A stretch of DNA of 64,000 nt from positions 48,144 through 112,143 of the forward strand of contig QAKI01000016.1 of NCBI GenBank assembly GCA_003343905.1, given 5' to 3'. Positions 9,568 through 20,203 of the stretch are shown here, piece by piece. The DNA comes from Subdoligranulum variabile (GTDB lineage Bacteria > Bacillota > Clostridia > Oscillospirales > Ruminococcaceae). The notes beneath the pieces were generated by a model. That model had not been told where the DNA came from and ran no database searches. It was given only the letters and a program-made list of their open reading frames with translations. The position numbers and the translations under genes were made by a program. Within the stretch, counting starts at the first letter, position 1. The number at the start of each line of letters is the position of its first letter.

Positions 9568-10997
9568 AGGATGTCATCATCATCGGCGGCGGGGTGTCGG
9601 GCTGCGCGGCCGCGCGGGAACTGAGCCGCTACAAGGCCGATATACTCGTGCTGGATAAAGAGGAGGACGTGTGCTGCGGCACCACCAAGGCGAACAGCGC
9701 CATCGTCCACGCCGGGTACGACGCGCCCCACGGCAGCCTGATGGCAAAGCTCAACGTGGCGGGCAGCCAAATGATGCCTGCCCTTTCCAAAGAGCTGGAT
9801 TTTGCCTACGACCAGTGCGGCAGTCTGGTGGTCTGCCTGAGCGAGGAGGACCGCCCGGCGCTGCAAAAACTGTATGAGAACGGCACGGCCAACGGTGTGG
9901 AAGGGCTGCAGATCCTTTCGCGGGCCGAACTGAAAGCAATGGAACCGAACATCGCGGACGAAGCGGTGGCCGCCTTGTGGGCGCCCACGGGCGGCATCGT
10001 CTGCCCCTTCGGGCTGACCTACGCCCTGGCGGAAAACGCCGCCAGGAACGGCGTGCAGTTCCAGTTCGACACCAAGGTGACCGGCCTGACGGCCACAGAC
10101 GGCGGCTGGCGGGTGGAAACCAGCCGCGGGCCGCTGGAAGCGCGCTGCGTGGTGAACGCGGCGGGCGTGCACGCGGACGAACTGCACAACCTTGTGCAGC
10201 CCGGCGACCCGCTGACCATCATCCCGCGGCGGGGGGATTACTTCCTGCTGGACCACACGGCGGGGGGCCATGTACGGCACACGATCTTCCAACTGCCGGG
10301 CAAATACGGCAAGGGCGTGCTGGTGACGCCGACGGTCCACGGGAACCTGCTCATCGGCCCCACGGCCATCGATCAGGAGGATAAGGAACTGACGGCCACC
10401 ACGGCCGCCGGTCTGGACGAGGTGCGTGCCAAGGCGGGGCTGGCCGTGAAGGACCTGCCCCTGCGCCAGACCATCACGAGCTTTGCGGGGCTGCGCGCCC
10501 ATGAACGGCGGCACGACTTCTTCATCGGGGAGATCGCGCCCGGCTTCGTGGACTGCGCGGGCATCGAATCCCCGGGGCTGTCCAGCAGCCCGGCCATCGG
10601 CGTGATGGTGGCGCAGATCGTTTCCGAACGTCTGGGGCTGGAAAAAGACCCCGGCTTCGACCCTGTGCGCAAGGGCATCCTGGACCCCAGGGCCCTGCCC
10701 TTTGCGGAGCGGGCCGCCCTGATCCGGGAAAACCCGGCCTACGGCCAGATCATCTGCCGGTGCGAGAGCATCACCGAGGGCGAGATCCTCGACGCCATCC
10801 ACCGCGTGCCGGGGGCCCGCAGCCTGGACGGCGTCAAGCGCCGGACCCGGGCGGGCATGGGTCGGTGCCAGGCGGGGTTCTGCAGCCCCCGCGTCATGGA
10901 GATCCTGGCCCGGGAACTGGGTGTTGACCAGAGCGCCGTGACCAAGTCGGGCGGCGGATCGCGCATCATCGTGGGCGCCAACAAGGACGTGTACTGA
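9564..10997 (+). CDS. FAD-dependent oxidoreductase with C-terminal BFD-like [2Fe-2S] domain (putative glycerol-3-phosphate dehydrogenase)
   Basis: [25 protein letters not shown]...GRCQAGFC; overlaps the glpK stop. Confidence 0.85.
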   Translation: MKDVIIIGGGVSGCAAARELSRYKADILVLDKEEDVCCGTTKANSAIVHAGYDAPHGSLMAKLNVAGSQMMPALSKELDFAYDQCGSLVVCLSEEDRPALQKLYENGTANGVEGLQILSRAELKAMEPNIADEAVAALWAPTGGIVCPFGLTYALAENAARNGVQFQFDTKVTGLTATDGGWRVETSRGPLEARCVVNAAGVHADELHNLVQPGDPLTIIPRRGDYFLLDHTAGGHVRHTIFQLPGKYGKGVLVTPTVHGNLLIGPTAIDQEDKELTATTAAGLDEVRAKAGLAVKDLPLRQTITSFAGLRAHERRHDFFIGEIAPGFVDCAGIESPGLSSSPAIGVMVAQIVSERLGLEKDPGFDPVRKGILDPRALPFAERAALIRENPAYGQIICRCESITEGEILDAIHRVPGARSLDGVKRRTRAGMGRCQAGFCSPRVMEILARELGVDQSAVTKSGGGSRIIVGANKDVY

Positions 10998-11012
10998 GGG
11001 AGGGGGCAAACC

Positions 11013-12272
11013 ATGAACAACGCAGATCTTGTGATCATCGGCGGCGGGCCCGCGGGGCTGGCGGCCGCCATCGCCGCGCGCCGGGCGGGCGTGCAGGACA
11101 TCCTGATCCTGGAACGCGACCGCGAGTTGGGCGGCATCCTGAACCAGTGCATCCATAACGGCTTCGGCCTGCACACTTTCAAAGAGGAACTGACCGGGCC
11201 GGAGTACGCCGCCCGCTTTGCGGACCAGGTGCGGGCGCTGGGCATCCCCTGCAAGCTGAACACCATGGTGCTGGACCTGGCGGCGGACCGGACCGTGACC
11301 GCCATGAACCGGGAGGACGGGCTGTTCCAACTGCACCCCAAGGCGGTGGTGCTGGCCATGGGCTGCCGGGAGCGGCCCCGCGGCGCGCTGAACATTCCGG
11401 GCACGCGGCCCGCGGGCATCTATACGGCGGGCACGGCCCAGCGGCTGGTGAACATGGAAGGCTACCTGCCCGGGCGGCGGGTGGTGATCCTGGGTTCCGG
11501 CGACATCGGGCTGATCATGGCCCGGCGCATGACGCTGGAGGGGGCGAAGGTGCTCTGCGTGGCGGAGCTGATGCCCTATTCCGGCGGGCTGAAACGGAAC
11601 ATCGTGCAGTGCCTGGATGACTTCGGCATCCCGCTGAAGCTGAGTCATACGGTGGTGGACATCCAGGGCAAAGAGCGCGTGGAGGGCGTGACCATCGCCT
11701 GGGTGGAGAACGGCAGGCCGGTGCCCGGCACCGAGGAACACTATGACTGCGACACGCTGCTGCTTTCCTGCGGGCTGCTGCCGGAAAACGAACTGAGCCG
11801 CGCGGCGGGTGTGGAACTGAGCCCGGTGACGGGCGGCCCCGCCGTGAACGAGAGCCTGGAAACGAGCATCCCCGGCGTGTTCGCCGCGGGCAACGTGCTG
11901 CACGTCCACGACCTGGTGGACTATGTGTCGGAGGAAGCGTCCGCGGCGGGCGCGCACGCGGCCCGGTACATCCTGCGGGGGGCGGCTGCGGACGGCGAAA
12001 CGCTGCCCGTGCAGGCCGCGGGCGGCGTGCGGTACACGGTGCCCACCGCCGTGCATCCGGCCCGGCTGGACGGCGCGCTGACACTGCGCCTGCGGGTGGG
12101 CAATGTGTACCGCAATAAGGCGCTGGCCGTCTATGCGGGAACGGAATGTATCTGGCGGCGCAAGCGGCCGGTGCTGGTGCCGGGCGAGATGGAGACCATC
12201 GTGCTGAAAGGCGCCGTGCTGGACAAGCTGCCCGGCTGCGGCGGTCTGACTGTGACATTGGAGGAGGCGTAA
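11013..12272 (+). CDS. NAD(P)/FAD-dependent pyridine nucleotide-disulfide oxidoreductase
   Basis: IIGGGPAGL, GGILNQCIHNGFG, ILGSGDIG, FAAGNVLHVHD. Confidence 0.9.
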   Translation: MNNADLVIIGGGPAGLAAAIAARRAGVQDILILERDRELGGILNQCIHNGFGLHTFKEELTGPEYAARFADQVRALGIPCKLNTMVLDLAADRTVTAMNREDGLFQLHPKAVVLAMGCRERPRGALNIPGTRPAGIYTAGTAQRLVNMEGYLPGRRVVILGSGDIGLIMARRMTLEGAKVLCVAELMPYSGGLKRNIVQCLDDFGIPLKLSHTVVDIQGKERVEGVTIAWVENGRPVPGTEEHYDCDTLLLSCGLLPENELSRAAGVELSPVTGGPAVNESLETSIPGVFAAGNVLHVHDLVDYVSEEASAAGAHAARYILRGAAADGETLPVQAAGGVRYTVPTAVHPARLDGALTLRLRVGNVYRNKALAVYAGTECIWRRKRPVLVPGEMETIVLKGAVLDKLPGCGGLTVTLEEA

Positions 12273-12276
12273 GGCG

Positions 12277-12642
12277 ATGGAAAAACGCGAACTGACCTGC
12301 ATCGGGTGCCCGCTGGGCTGCACGGTGCAGGTGACGCTGGAGGACGGGGCGGTGGTCTCGGTCACGGGCAACACCTGCCCGCGGGGCGACGCCTACGCCC
12401 GCAAAGAAGTCACCCACCCGACCCGGATCGTGACGACGACGGTGCCGGTGCGCGGCGGCACGGCGGCGACAGTCTCCTGTAAGACGCGCAGCGATATTCC
12501 CAAGGACAAGATCTTTGCGGTGATCCGCGCGCTGAAAGCCGTCACGGCCGACGCCCCCGTAGCCATTGGCGACGTGCTGCTGCCCGACGCCGCCGGCACC
12601 GGCGTGGACGTGATCGCCACCAAGGCGGTGGACGCCCGCTGA
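12277..12642 (+). CDS. DUF1667-like CxxC metal-binding protein
   Basis: CIGCPLGC...GNTCPRG..YA..E...P.R; the usual last gene of this glycerol cluster. Confidence 0.85.
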   Translation: MEKRELTCIGCPLGCTVQVTLEDGAVVSVTGNTCPRGDAYARKEVTHPTRIVTTTVPVRGGTAATVSCKTRSDIPKDKIFAVIRALKAVTADAPVAIGDVLLPDAAGTGVDVIATKAVDAR

Positions 12643-12777
12643 ACGGCGTTCTTCTTTACCGCAGGGCGCGGACCGCACAGGCCGCCCGCGTCCTGTGCTT
12701 TTGCCGCCCGGTGTTGAATCTTTGCCGCCGGGGTGGTATGATAGAGCCGTATTCTATCCAGAAAAGGGAGACACCGC

Positions 12778-13527
12778 ATGCAGAAAGAAACCAGCCCCCT
12801 GCCCACCTGCGAGATCATGGGCGTCCACATCGCGGTCACCGACATGGCCGGGACCGTACAGTGCATCCGGGAGCATCTGGAATCCTGGCGCGGGCAGTAC
12901 ATCTGCGTAGCCAACGTACACACCACCGTGACCGCCTACGGCGACCCGGCCTACCGCCAGGTCCAGAACGGCGCGGTGCTGGCCCTGCCGGACGGGGGGC
13001 CGCTGTCCCGCTACAGCCGCCGCAAGGGGTTCCCCCAGGCCCAGCGGGTGACCGGCCCCGACCTGATGCAGCAGATGCTGCGCGATAAGGGCGAACGGCC
13101 GTACCGCCACTACTTCTACGGTTCCACGCCCGAAACGCTGCGCCTGCTGCGGCAGAAGATCGAACAGCAGTACCCCGGCGCCGTCGTGGCCGGGATGGAA
13201 TCGCCGCCTTTCCGCCCCCTCACGCCGGAGGAGGACGCCGAAGCCGTGGCGCGCATCAACGCCGCCCGGCCCGATTTCGTCTGGGTGGGGCTGGGCGCGC
13301 CCAAGCAGGAACAGTGGATGGCCCGCCATCAGGGGGCCGTCCATGCGCTGATGATCGGCGTGGGCGCCGCCTTTGACTACGAGGCCGGCAACATCCGCCG
13401 CGCCCCGGCCTGGATGCAGCGGTGCAGCCTGGAATGGCTTTACCGGCTGTTGCAGGACCCCAAGCGGCTTTTCAAACGGTATTTTGTCACCAACACCCGC
13501 TTTCTCTGGTGGGCATGGCGGCACTGA
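12778..13527 (+). CDS. WecB/TagA/CpsF family glycosyltransferase
   Basis: 'PDGGPL', 'RVTGPDLM', 'WVGLGAPKQE', 'GVGAAFD', 'LEWLYRL.QDPKRL'. Confidence 0.92.
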   Translation: MQKETSPLPTCEIMGVHIAVTDMAGTVQCIREHLESWRGQYICVANVHTTVTAYGDPAYRQVQNGAVLALPDGGPLSRYSRRKGFPQAQRVTGPDLMQQMLRDKGERPYRHYFYGSTPETLRLLRQKIEQQYPGAVVAGMESPPFRPLTPEEDAEAVARINAARPDFVWVGLGAPKQEQWMARHQGAVHALMIGVGAAFDYEAGNIRRAPAWMQRCSLEWLYRLLQDPKRLFKRYFVTNTRFLWWAWRH

Positions 13528-13533
13528 AAAAGC

Positions 13534-13570
13534 AAAGACCGGGACGCCCCGCGGGGCGTCCCGGTCTTTT
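13534..13570. terminator. Bidirectional intrinsic terminator
   Basis: Palindrome aaagaccgggacgcccc-gc-ggggcgtcccggtcttt between convergent genes. Confidence 0.8.
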
Positions 13571-13581
13571 ATCGCTGTGGA

Positions 13582-13740
13582 TCAGTCCTCTTCCACAAAA
13601 ACATCTTTGCCCAGGCCGCAGACGGGGCAGACCCAGTCCGCAGGCACATCTTCCCACGGGGTGCCCGGCGCGATGCCGTTGGCGGGGTCGCCCAGGGCGG
13701 GATCATACACATAGCCGCAGGGGCAGGCGTACTTTTTCAT
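13582..13740 (-). CDS. Rubredoxin (52 aa; absent from the ORF track)
   Basis: Manual translation [61 protein letters not shown]. Confidence 0.95.
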   Translation of the reverse strand: MKKYACPCGYVYDPALGDPANGIAPGTPWEDVPADWVCPVCGLGKDVFVEED

Positions 13741-13790
13741 AAAAAACGCTCCTTTTTAAGAATCAGTTCAAAAAATTTCGTTGCAGGCGC

Positions 13791-14165
13791 TTACGCTTTC
13801 CACAGCCCGTGCAGGTTGCAGTAGGCATAGACGGCTTCCACCGTGTCGCCCTCGGTCAGGGCGAAATCCGCCGCCGGGGCCTCGCCGGGCTTCAGGTGCT
13901 TGATCTGGCTGCCCTGCGCGGTCTGCAGCGCGATCCAGACGATGTAATGGGCGTCCATCATCGGGTGGGCCACGCTGCCCACTTCCACATGGACCTTGTT
14001 GCCTTCCACCGTATAGACGGGAATATGCTTTTCATGCGCGGCTTCCACCGTGCCCGGCACCAGCGGGGTCATCTTCTGGCCGCAGCAGAACACGGGCACG
14101 CCCTTGTCCTGTACCATCGTAATGATATTGCCGCAGTGCTCACAAATAAAATACTTCTGCTCCAT
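13791..14165 (-). CDS. dfx: Desulfoferrodoxin (superoxide reductase)
   Basis: CEHCGN...CCGQ, EKHIP, HPM...HYI, CNLHGLW. Confidence 0.95.
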   Translation of the reverse strand: MEQKYFICEHCGNIITMVQDKGVPVFCCGQKMTPLVPGTVEAAHEKHIPVYTVEGNKVHVEVGSVAHPMMDAHYIVWIALQTAQGSQIKHLKPGEAPAADFALTEGDTVEAVYAYCNLHGLWKA

Positions 14166-14248
14166 CGTTTACCTCCCTGGTTCACGTCGTTGTTCATTTC
14201 GGAACGGGCAGGCGTGCGGCGTATAGCCGCCCGCTGCCCCTTGATTCC

Positions 14249-14276
14249 ATTATATCATACAATTCTGCTTTGTAAA
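14249..14276 (-). promoter_or_regulatory. Sigma-A promoter of dfx-rubredoxin
   Basis: TTTACA-N16-TATAAT with extended -10 TG on the minus strand. Confidence 0.6.
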
Positions 14277-14343
14277 GGGCTTTTTTAGGAATTATTATTA
14301 TTTTTTTACTTTTCTTTTCCCATTTTCCCCGCCGCGCCCCAAG

Positions 14344-14372
14344 TTGACGCTCCCCCGGCCGCGCGGTATAAT
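14344..14372 (+). promoter_or_regulatory. Sigma-A promoter of the GTPase-NYN gene
   Basis: TTGACG-N17-TATAAT. Confidence 0.75.
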
Positions 14373-14505
14373 GAAAATAAATATCGCTGTGCCCGCCGCA
14401 CCGCTCTATTCCCATCACCCGTCACGGACCCGCCGCAGGCGCTGCCATACCGCGGCGGGTCCCGCGGCGTTTGCCGCGCCGCAAACCATACAGGGAGGAA
14501 ACCGA

Positions 14506-17136
14506 ATGCCAAAACAACAGGAAACGCCCACACCCCGCAAGTACATCTGCACGGGGCTGCTGGCCCATGTGGACAGCGGCAAGACCACCCTGGCCGAAGG
14601 GCTGCTGTACCGCGCGGGGGCGCTGCGCAAACTGGGGCGGGTGGACCACCGGGACGCCTTTCTGGACACCGACGCCCAGGAGCGGGCGCGGGGCATCACG
14701 ATCTTTGCCAAGCAGGCCGTGCTGACGCTGCCCGCAGCCGACGGCGCCGCCGAGACCTGCATCACGCTGCTGGACACCCCCGGCCACGTGGACTTTTCCG
14801 CCGAAGCGGAGCGCGCCCTGCGGGTACTGGACTATGCGGTGCTGGTCATCAGCGGCACCGACGGCGTGCAGGCCCACACCGAGACCCTGTGGAAGCTGCT
14901 GGCCCGCTACCGGGTGCCCACCCTGCTGTTCATCAACAAGATGGACCTGCCGGGGGCCGACGCGGCGGTGCGCCTGCGGGAACTGCGCGGGCGGTTCGGG
15001 GACGGCTGTGTGGATTTCACCCACGGCCCCGACCCCGAAGCTCTGGCTCTGTGCAGCGAACCGCTGATGGAAGAAGTGCTGGCCGATGGCACGCCCGCGC
15101 AGGACACGCTGGTGACGGCCATTGCCCGGCGGCAGGTATTCCCCTGCTTTTTCGGTTCCGCGCTGCGGCTGGAAGGGCTGGACGCCCTGCTACGCGGCCT
15201 GCAAACGCTGACGCGGATGCCGCCCGCCTGGCCGGAGTTCGGCGCGCGGGTGTTCAAGATCAGCCAGGACGACGCCGGGACGCGGCTGACCTGGCTGAAA
15301 GTCACCGGCGGCGAACTGGCGGTCAAAGCCCTGCTGCCGGGCGGCGAAAAGGCCGACGCCCTGCGCCTGTACAGCGGCAGCAAGTTCCGGCTGGTGAGCG
15401 CCGCCGTGCCCGGCATGGTGGTGGCGGTGGCCGGGCCCGCCGCCACATGGCCCGGCCAGGGGTTGGGGGCCGAAGCCGACGCCGAAGCCCCACTACTGGA
15501 ACCCGTGCTGAACTACCGGGCAAGCTGCGCCGGGGCCGACCCGCACACGCTGCTGCGGGCGCTGCAAACGCTGGAGGACGAGGACCCGCAGCTGCACGTC
15601 GCCTGGCGCGACGACCTGGCCGAAGTCCACGTGCAGCTTATGGGCGAAGTGCAGTTGGAGATCCTGCAAACGCTGCTGCAAAGCCGCTTCGGCCTGGAAG
15701 TGACCTTCTCGGAGGGCGGCATTCTGTACAAAGAAACGCTGACCGCCCCGGTGGAGGGCATCGGCCACTACGAACCGCTGCGCCACTACGCCGAGGTGCA
15801 TCTGCTGCTGGAACCCGCCCCGCGGGGCAGCGGCATCCAACTGGCGGCCGACTGCCCGCCCGACACGCTGGGCGAAAATTGGCAGCGGCTCGTGCTGACC
15901 CATCTGGCCGAGCGCACCCACCCCGGCGTGCTGACCGGCGCGCCGCTGACCGATGTGAAGATCACGCTGGCGGCGGGCCGCGCCCACCAGAAACACACCG
16001 AGGGCGGGGATTTCCGCCAGGCCACCTACCGCGCCGTGCGGCAGGGCCTGCGGACGGCAGCCGCCAAAGGGACCGTGGCGCTGCTGGAGCCCTGGTACGA
16101 CTTTACGCTGGAACTGCCCGCCGACGCCGTGGGCCGCGCGATGGCGGACATCCAGCGGATGTGCGGCACCTTTGACCCGCCCGAAACGCTGGGCGACACC
16201 GCCCGCCTGACCGGCCGCCTGCCGGTGGCATCGTCCCGCGGCTATGCCCGCGAGGTGGCAGCCTACACCCATGGTCTGGGCCGCTGGTCGGTGCTGCCCG
16301 CCGGGTATGACGTCTGCCACGACGCCGAAGCAGTGATCGCGGCGGCCGGGTACGACCCCGCCGCCGATGTGGAGAACCCCGCCGATTCGGTCTTTTGCTC
16401 CCACGGGGCCGGGTACACGGTGCCCTGGGACGAGGTGCCCGCCCGCGCCCATGTGGACAGCGGCCTGACCCGCCGTCTGGCCCCCGCCGGGCAGGAACCG
16501 GCCGAGGAGAGCGCCGCAGCCCGTCGCCGCCGGGCCGATGCCTACCGGGGCACGCTGGAACAGGACAAGGAACTGCTGGCGATCTTTGAGCGCACCTACG
16601 GCAAGATCAAACACCGGGGCGAGAACGGGACCGACGCCAAAAAGGCCGCCCGCGCCGCGCTGCACACCGCCCCCGCCGCCTATGCCCCGGCCAAGCCCCA
16701 GCCCACCGGGCCGGACTATCTGCTGGTGGACGGCTACAACGTCATTTTCGCGTGGGACGATCTGCGCCGCGTGGCCGAAGGCAGCCTGGACGCGGCGCGC
16801 CGCCGCCTGATGGACATTCTGTGCAACTATGCCGGGTACAAACGCTGTGTGCCGATCCTGGTGTTCGACGCCTACAAAGTCCGGGGCGGCGCGCGGGAGG
16901 TGGAACGCTACCACAACCTGTATGTGGTCTACACCAAAGAGGCCGAGACCGCCGATATGTACATCGAGCGGGCCACCCACGAACTGGCCAAAGAGCGCCG
17001 CACCCGCGTGGTGAGCAGCGACGGGGCCGAGCAGGTCATCGTGCTGGGGCACGGGGCGTTGCGGGTATCGGCCCGCGCCTTTGCGGAGGAAGTGGCCGCC
17101 GTGGAAAAGGAGATCCGGGAATTTTTGCAGGAGTAA
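14506..17136 (+). CDS. TetM/EF-G-like translational GTPase with C-terminal YacP/Rae1-like NYN domain
   Basis: G1 AHVDSGKTT, G2 RGITI, G3 DTPGHVDF, G4 NKMD; MGEVQLEIL, LLEPWY; C-terminal LVDGYNV, VFD, ETAD.YIE, VVSSD. Confidence 0.9.
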   Translation: MPKQQETPTPRKYICTGLLAHVDSGKTTLAEGLLYRAGALRKLGRVDHRDAFLDTDAQERARGITIFAKQAVLTLPAADGAAETCITLLDTPGHVDFSAEAERALRVLDYAVLVISGTDGVQAHTETLWKLLARYRVPTLLFINKMDLPGADAAVRLRELRGRFGDGCVDFTHGPDPEALALCSEPLMEEVLADGTPAQDTLVTAIARRQVFPCFFGSALRLEGLDALLRGLQTLTRMPPAWPEFGARVFKISQDDAGTRLTWLKVTGGELAVKALLPGGEKADALRLYSGSKFRLVSAAVPGMVVAVAGPAATWPGQGLGAEADAEAPLLEPVLNYRASCAGADPHTLLRALQTLEDEDPQLHVAWRDDLAEVHVQLMGEVQLEILQTLLQSRFGLEVTFSEGGILYKETLTAPVEGIGHYEPLRHYAEVHLLLEPAPRGSGIQLAADCPPDTLGENWQRLVLTHLAERTHPGVLTGAPLTDVKITLAAGRAHQKHTEGGDFRQATYRAVRQGLRTAAAKGTVALLEPWYDFTLELPADAVGRAMADIQRMCGTFDPPETLGDTARLTGRLPVASSRGYAREVAAYTHGLGRWSVLPAGYDVCHDAEAVIAAAGYDPAADVENPADSVFCSHGAGYTVPWDEVPARAHVDSGLTRRLAPAGQEPAEESAAARRRRADAYRGTLEQDKELLAIFERTYGKIKHRGENGTDAKKAARAALHTAPAAYAPAKPQPTGPDYLLVDGYNVIFAWDDLRRVAEGSLDAARRRLMDILCNYAGYKRCVPILVFDAYKVRGGAREVERYHNLYVVYTKEAETADMYIERATHELAKERRTRVVSSDGAEQVIVLGHGALRVSARAFAEEVAAVEKEIREFLQE

Positions 17137-17165
17137 GTCCTTTCCCCATTGTTTTATACGACAAA

Positions 17166-17205
17166 GACCCGGCGCCTGCCGCATGGCAGGCGCCGGGTCC
17201 TTTTT
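17166..17205. terminator. Intrinsic terminator between the GTPase gene and gdhA
   Basis: gacccggcgcctgcc/ggcaggcgccgggtc stem plus T-run. Confidence 0.75.
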
Positions 17206-17245
17206 GTAAGATCAGAGATTATAAAATCAGGGGTTCAAGCCGGGA

Positions 17246-18628
<1,383 letters not shown>

Positions 18629-18740
18629 CTATATGTTAGCACCATATGGATGCTTTTTCAAGTTCTCTGCCCATATTTTCATAAATTTTGTTTGCTGGCA
18701 GGCAGCAGTTGTTTCCATATCATGAACACAGCCTGTCGTT

Positions 18741-20156
18741 TCAGGGCTGCAGCATCGTCACCGGCGTGTAGTCGGTGCTGCCCTGCAAAAAGGCTTCGGC
18801 GTCGATGAGGGCGTAGTCATATTCCTGGGTATACGGTTCCTGTTCCCTGACGGGGATCAGGAACCGGCCGTCATCGGTCACAGCGGCGGGAGCCATCCGT
18901 TGATCCACCGCAGAAGCCTTTTCCACCTTCTGTGCGACCTCATACTGTTCCCCTGTCTGCCGATCCAGCACCCACATCCGTTCAGAACTTCCATGGATCC
19001 AGACCCAGCGCCCCTCCCAGGCTGCCGTGCCGGGCAGGGCGTAGATCTCCACATCCGAAATCCGCATTTCCGGCCCGCCCAGTTCCTTCCATTGGCCGGT
19101 CTGCGGGTCATAGGCGCGCGGAACGGCACGCACTACGCCCCATCGCGGGTCCCGTTCTTCCGTTATTCTAAAATACAGCCAGCCGCCCGCCTGCCCCAAA
19201 AACATGCTGTCAAAGCTGTAAGCAGGGTCGGCCACCAGCTTGCTGCGCTCGCCGGTGGCCGGGTCCAGCAGATTGAGTTCGTAATAGCCGTTTTGCCTCA
19301 CCGCATCATAGGCTTCATAATTTTCAGCGGAATTGGGCAGCGGCACTTTGGTGACGAACCGCTCAACGATCAGTTTCCGTCCCAGTGCACCGCTGGGCCA
19401 TTCCCCGTCCCGCAGCGGAAGCGCACTCACTGTGCCGTCTGCCAAAGAAACACGGTATAACTTCCGCCCGCCGGAGCCGGGCGCGCCGCTGTTATAGCCA
19501 TACAGCGCAGCGCCGTCACACCAGCGCAGCCAGCTGTCCACCCCCAGATTTTGGGAAAGTTCCACATACCGTTTGGCGCTGCCGTCCGCTGCAACGACCA
19601 TCAAACCGGCAGGCCTTACCGCCTGCTCATAGTACGCACGCTGAAAGGCCCTCTCCTCTTCCGCATCCTGCGACTGGGTCAGTTGCATTGACTGTTCGTA
19701 CTCCTCCCAGGTATCGGGCAGATTTTCCCCCTCCCACCGCTTGTAAAGGTAGACTTCATCCCCGGCGACAAACAGTTGGCAGTTCTGGCGCACGCCGGGG
19801 AAATAGGCCGGACAGGATTCCGTGTCATGGGTACAGCCCGGTACACTGCACAGCACCCGCTGTTCAGCCGTATCATAGTCGATGACCATTACAAGGCCGT
19901 GGTCGTTTTCCCACTTCATCTGGTAGCCCCGTGTTCCTGTGTTGAACCACATATGGGTATCATCTGCGGGCAGAATGGGGTACAACTCCCCCGCCACGGC
20001 AGGCAGGGCGGCGGTTTCCTCCGTCGAGGCTGTTTCCGCCGTTTCGGCGGGTTGCGGCGCAGCGGTCGCGGACGGGGCGCTTTCGTCCCGCCCGCCGCAG
20101 GCGGCCAGCGAACCGGCCAGCGCCAAAGCCATCATCACACAGCACAGGCGTTTCAT
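18741..20156 (-). CDS. Uncharacterised surface lipoprotein (paralog 1)
   Basis: Signal peptide with lipobox LAAC, Ala/Thr/Glu linker, LCSVPGCTHDTESC motif; AAGGAG RBS. Confidence 0.8.
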   Translation of the reverse strand: MKRLCCVMMALALAGSLAACGGRDESAPSATAAPQPAETAETASTEETAALPAVAGELYPILPADDTHMWFNTGTRGYQMKWENDHGLVMVIDYDTAEQRVLCSVPGCTHDTESCPAYFPGVRQNCQLFVAGDEVYLYKRWEGENLPDTWEEYEQSMQLTQSQDAEEERAFQRAYYEQAVRPAGLMVVAADGSAKRYVELSQNLGVDSWLRWCDGAALYGYNSGAPGSGGRKLYRVSLADGTVSALPLRDGEWPSGALGRKLIVERFVTKVPLPNSAENYEAYDAVRQNGYYELNLLDPATGERSKLVADPAYSFDSMFLGQAGGWLYFRITEERDPRWGVVRAVPRAYDPQTGQWKELGGPEMRISDVEIYALPGTAAWEGRWVWIHGSSERMWVLDRQTGEQYEVAQKVEKASAVDQRMAPAAVTDDGRFLIPVREQEPYTQEYDYALIDAEAFLQGSTDYTPVTMLQP

Positions 20157-20203
20157 ACATCCATCTCCTTTTTGCGTAGAAAGTCCTTCCCCGCCGTTTT
20201 CGT

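Noticed and set aside
14506..17136. Bona fide tetracycline resistance gene (tetM/tetW/tetO)
   Set aside because: Much longer than typical ribosome protection proteins, carries a NYN domain, has host-like GC and no mobile context.
18672..18690. CodY box upstream of gdhA
   Set aside because: TATTTTCATAAATTT has three mismatches to AATTTTCWGAAAATT in an AT-rich tract; too weak to call.
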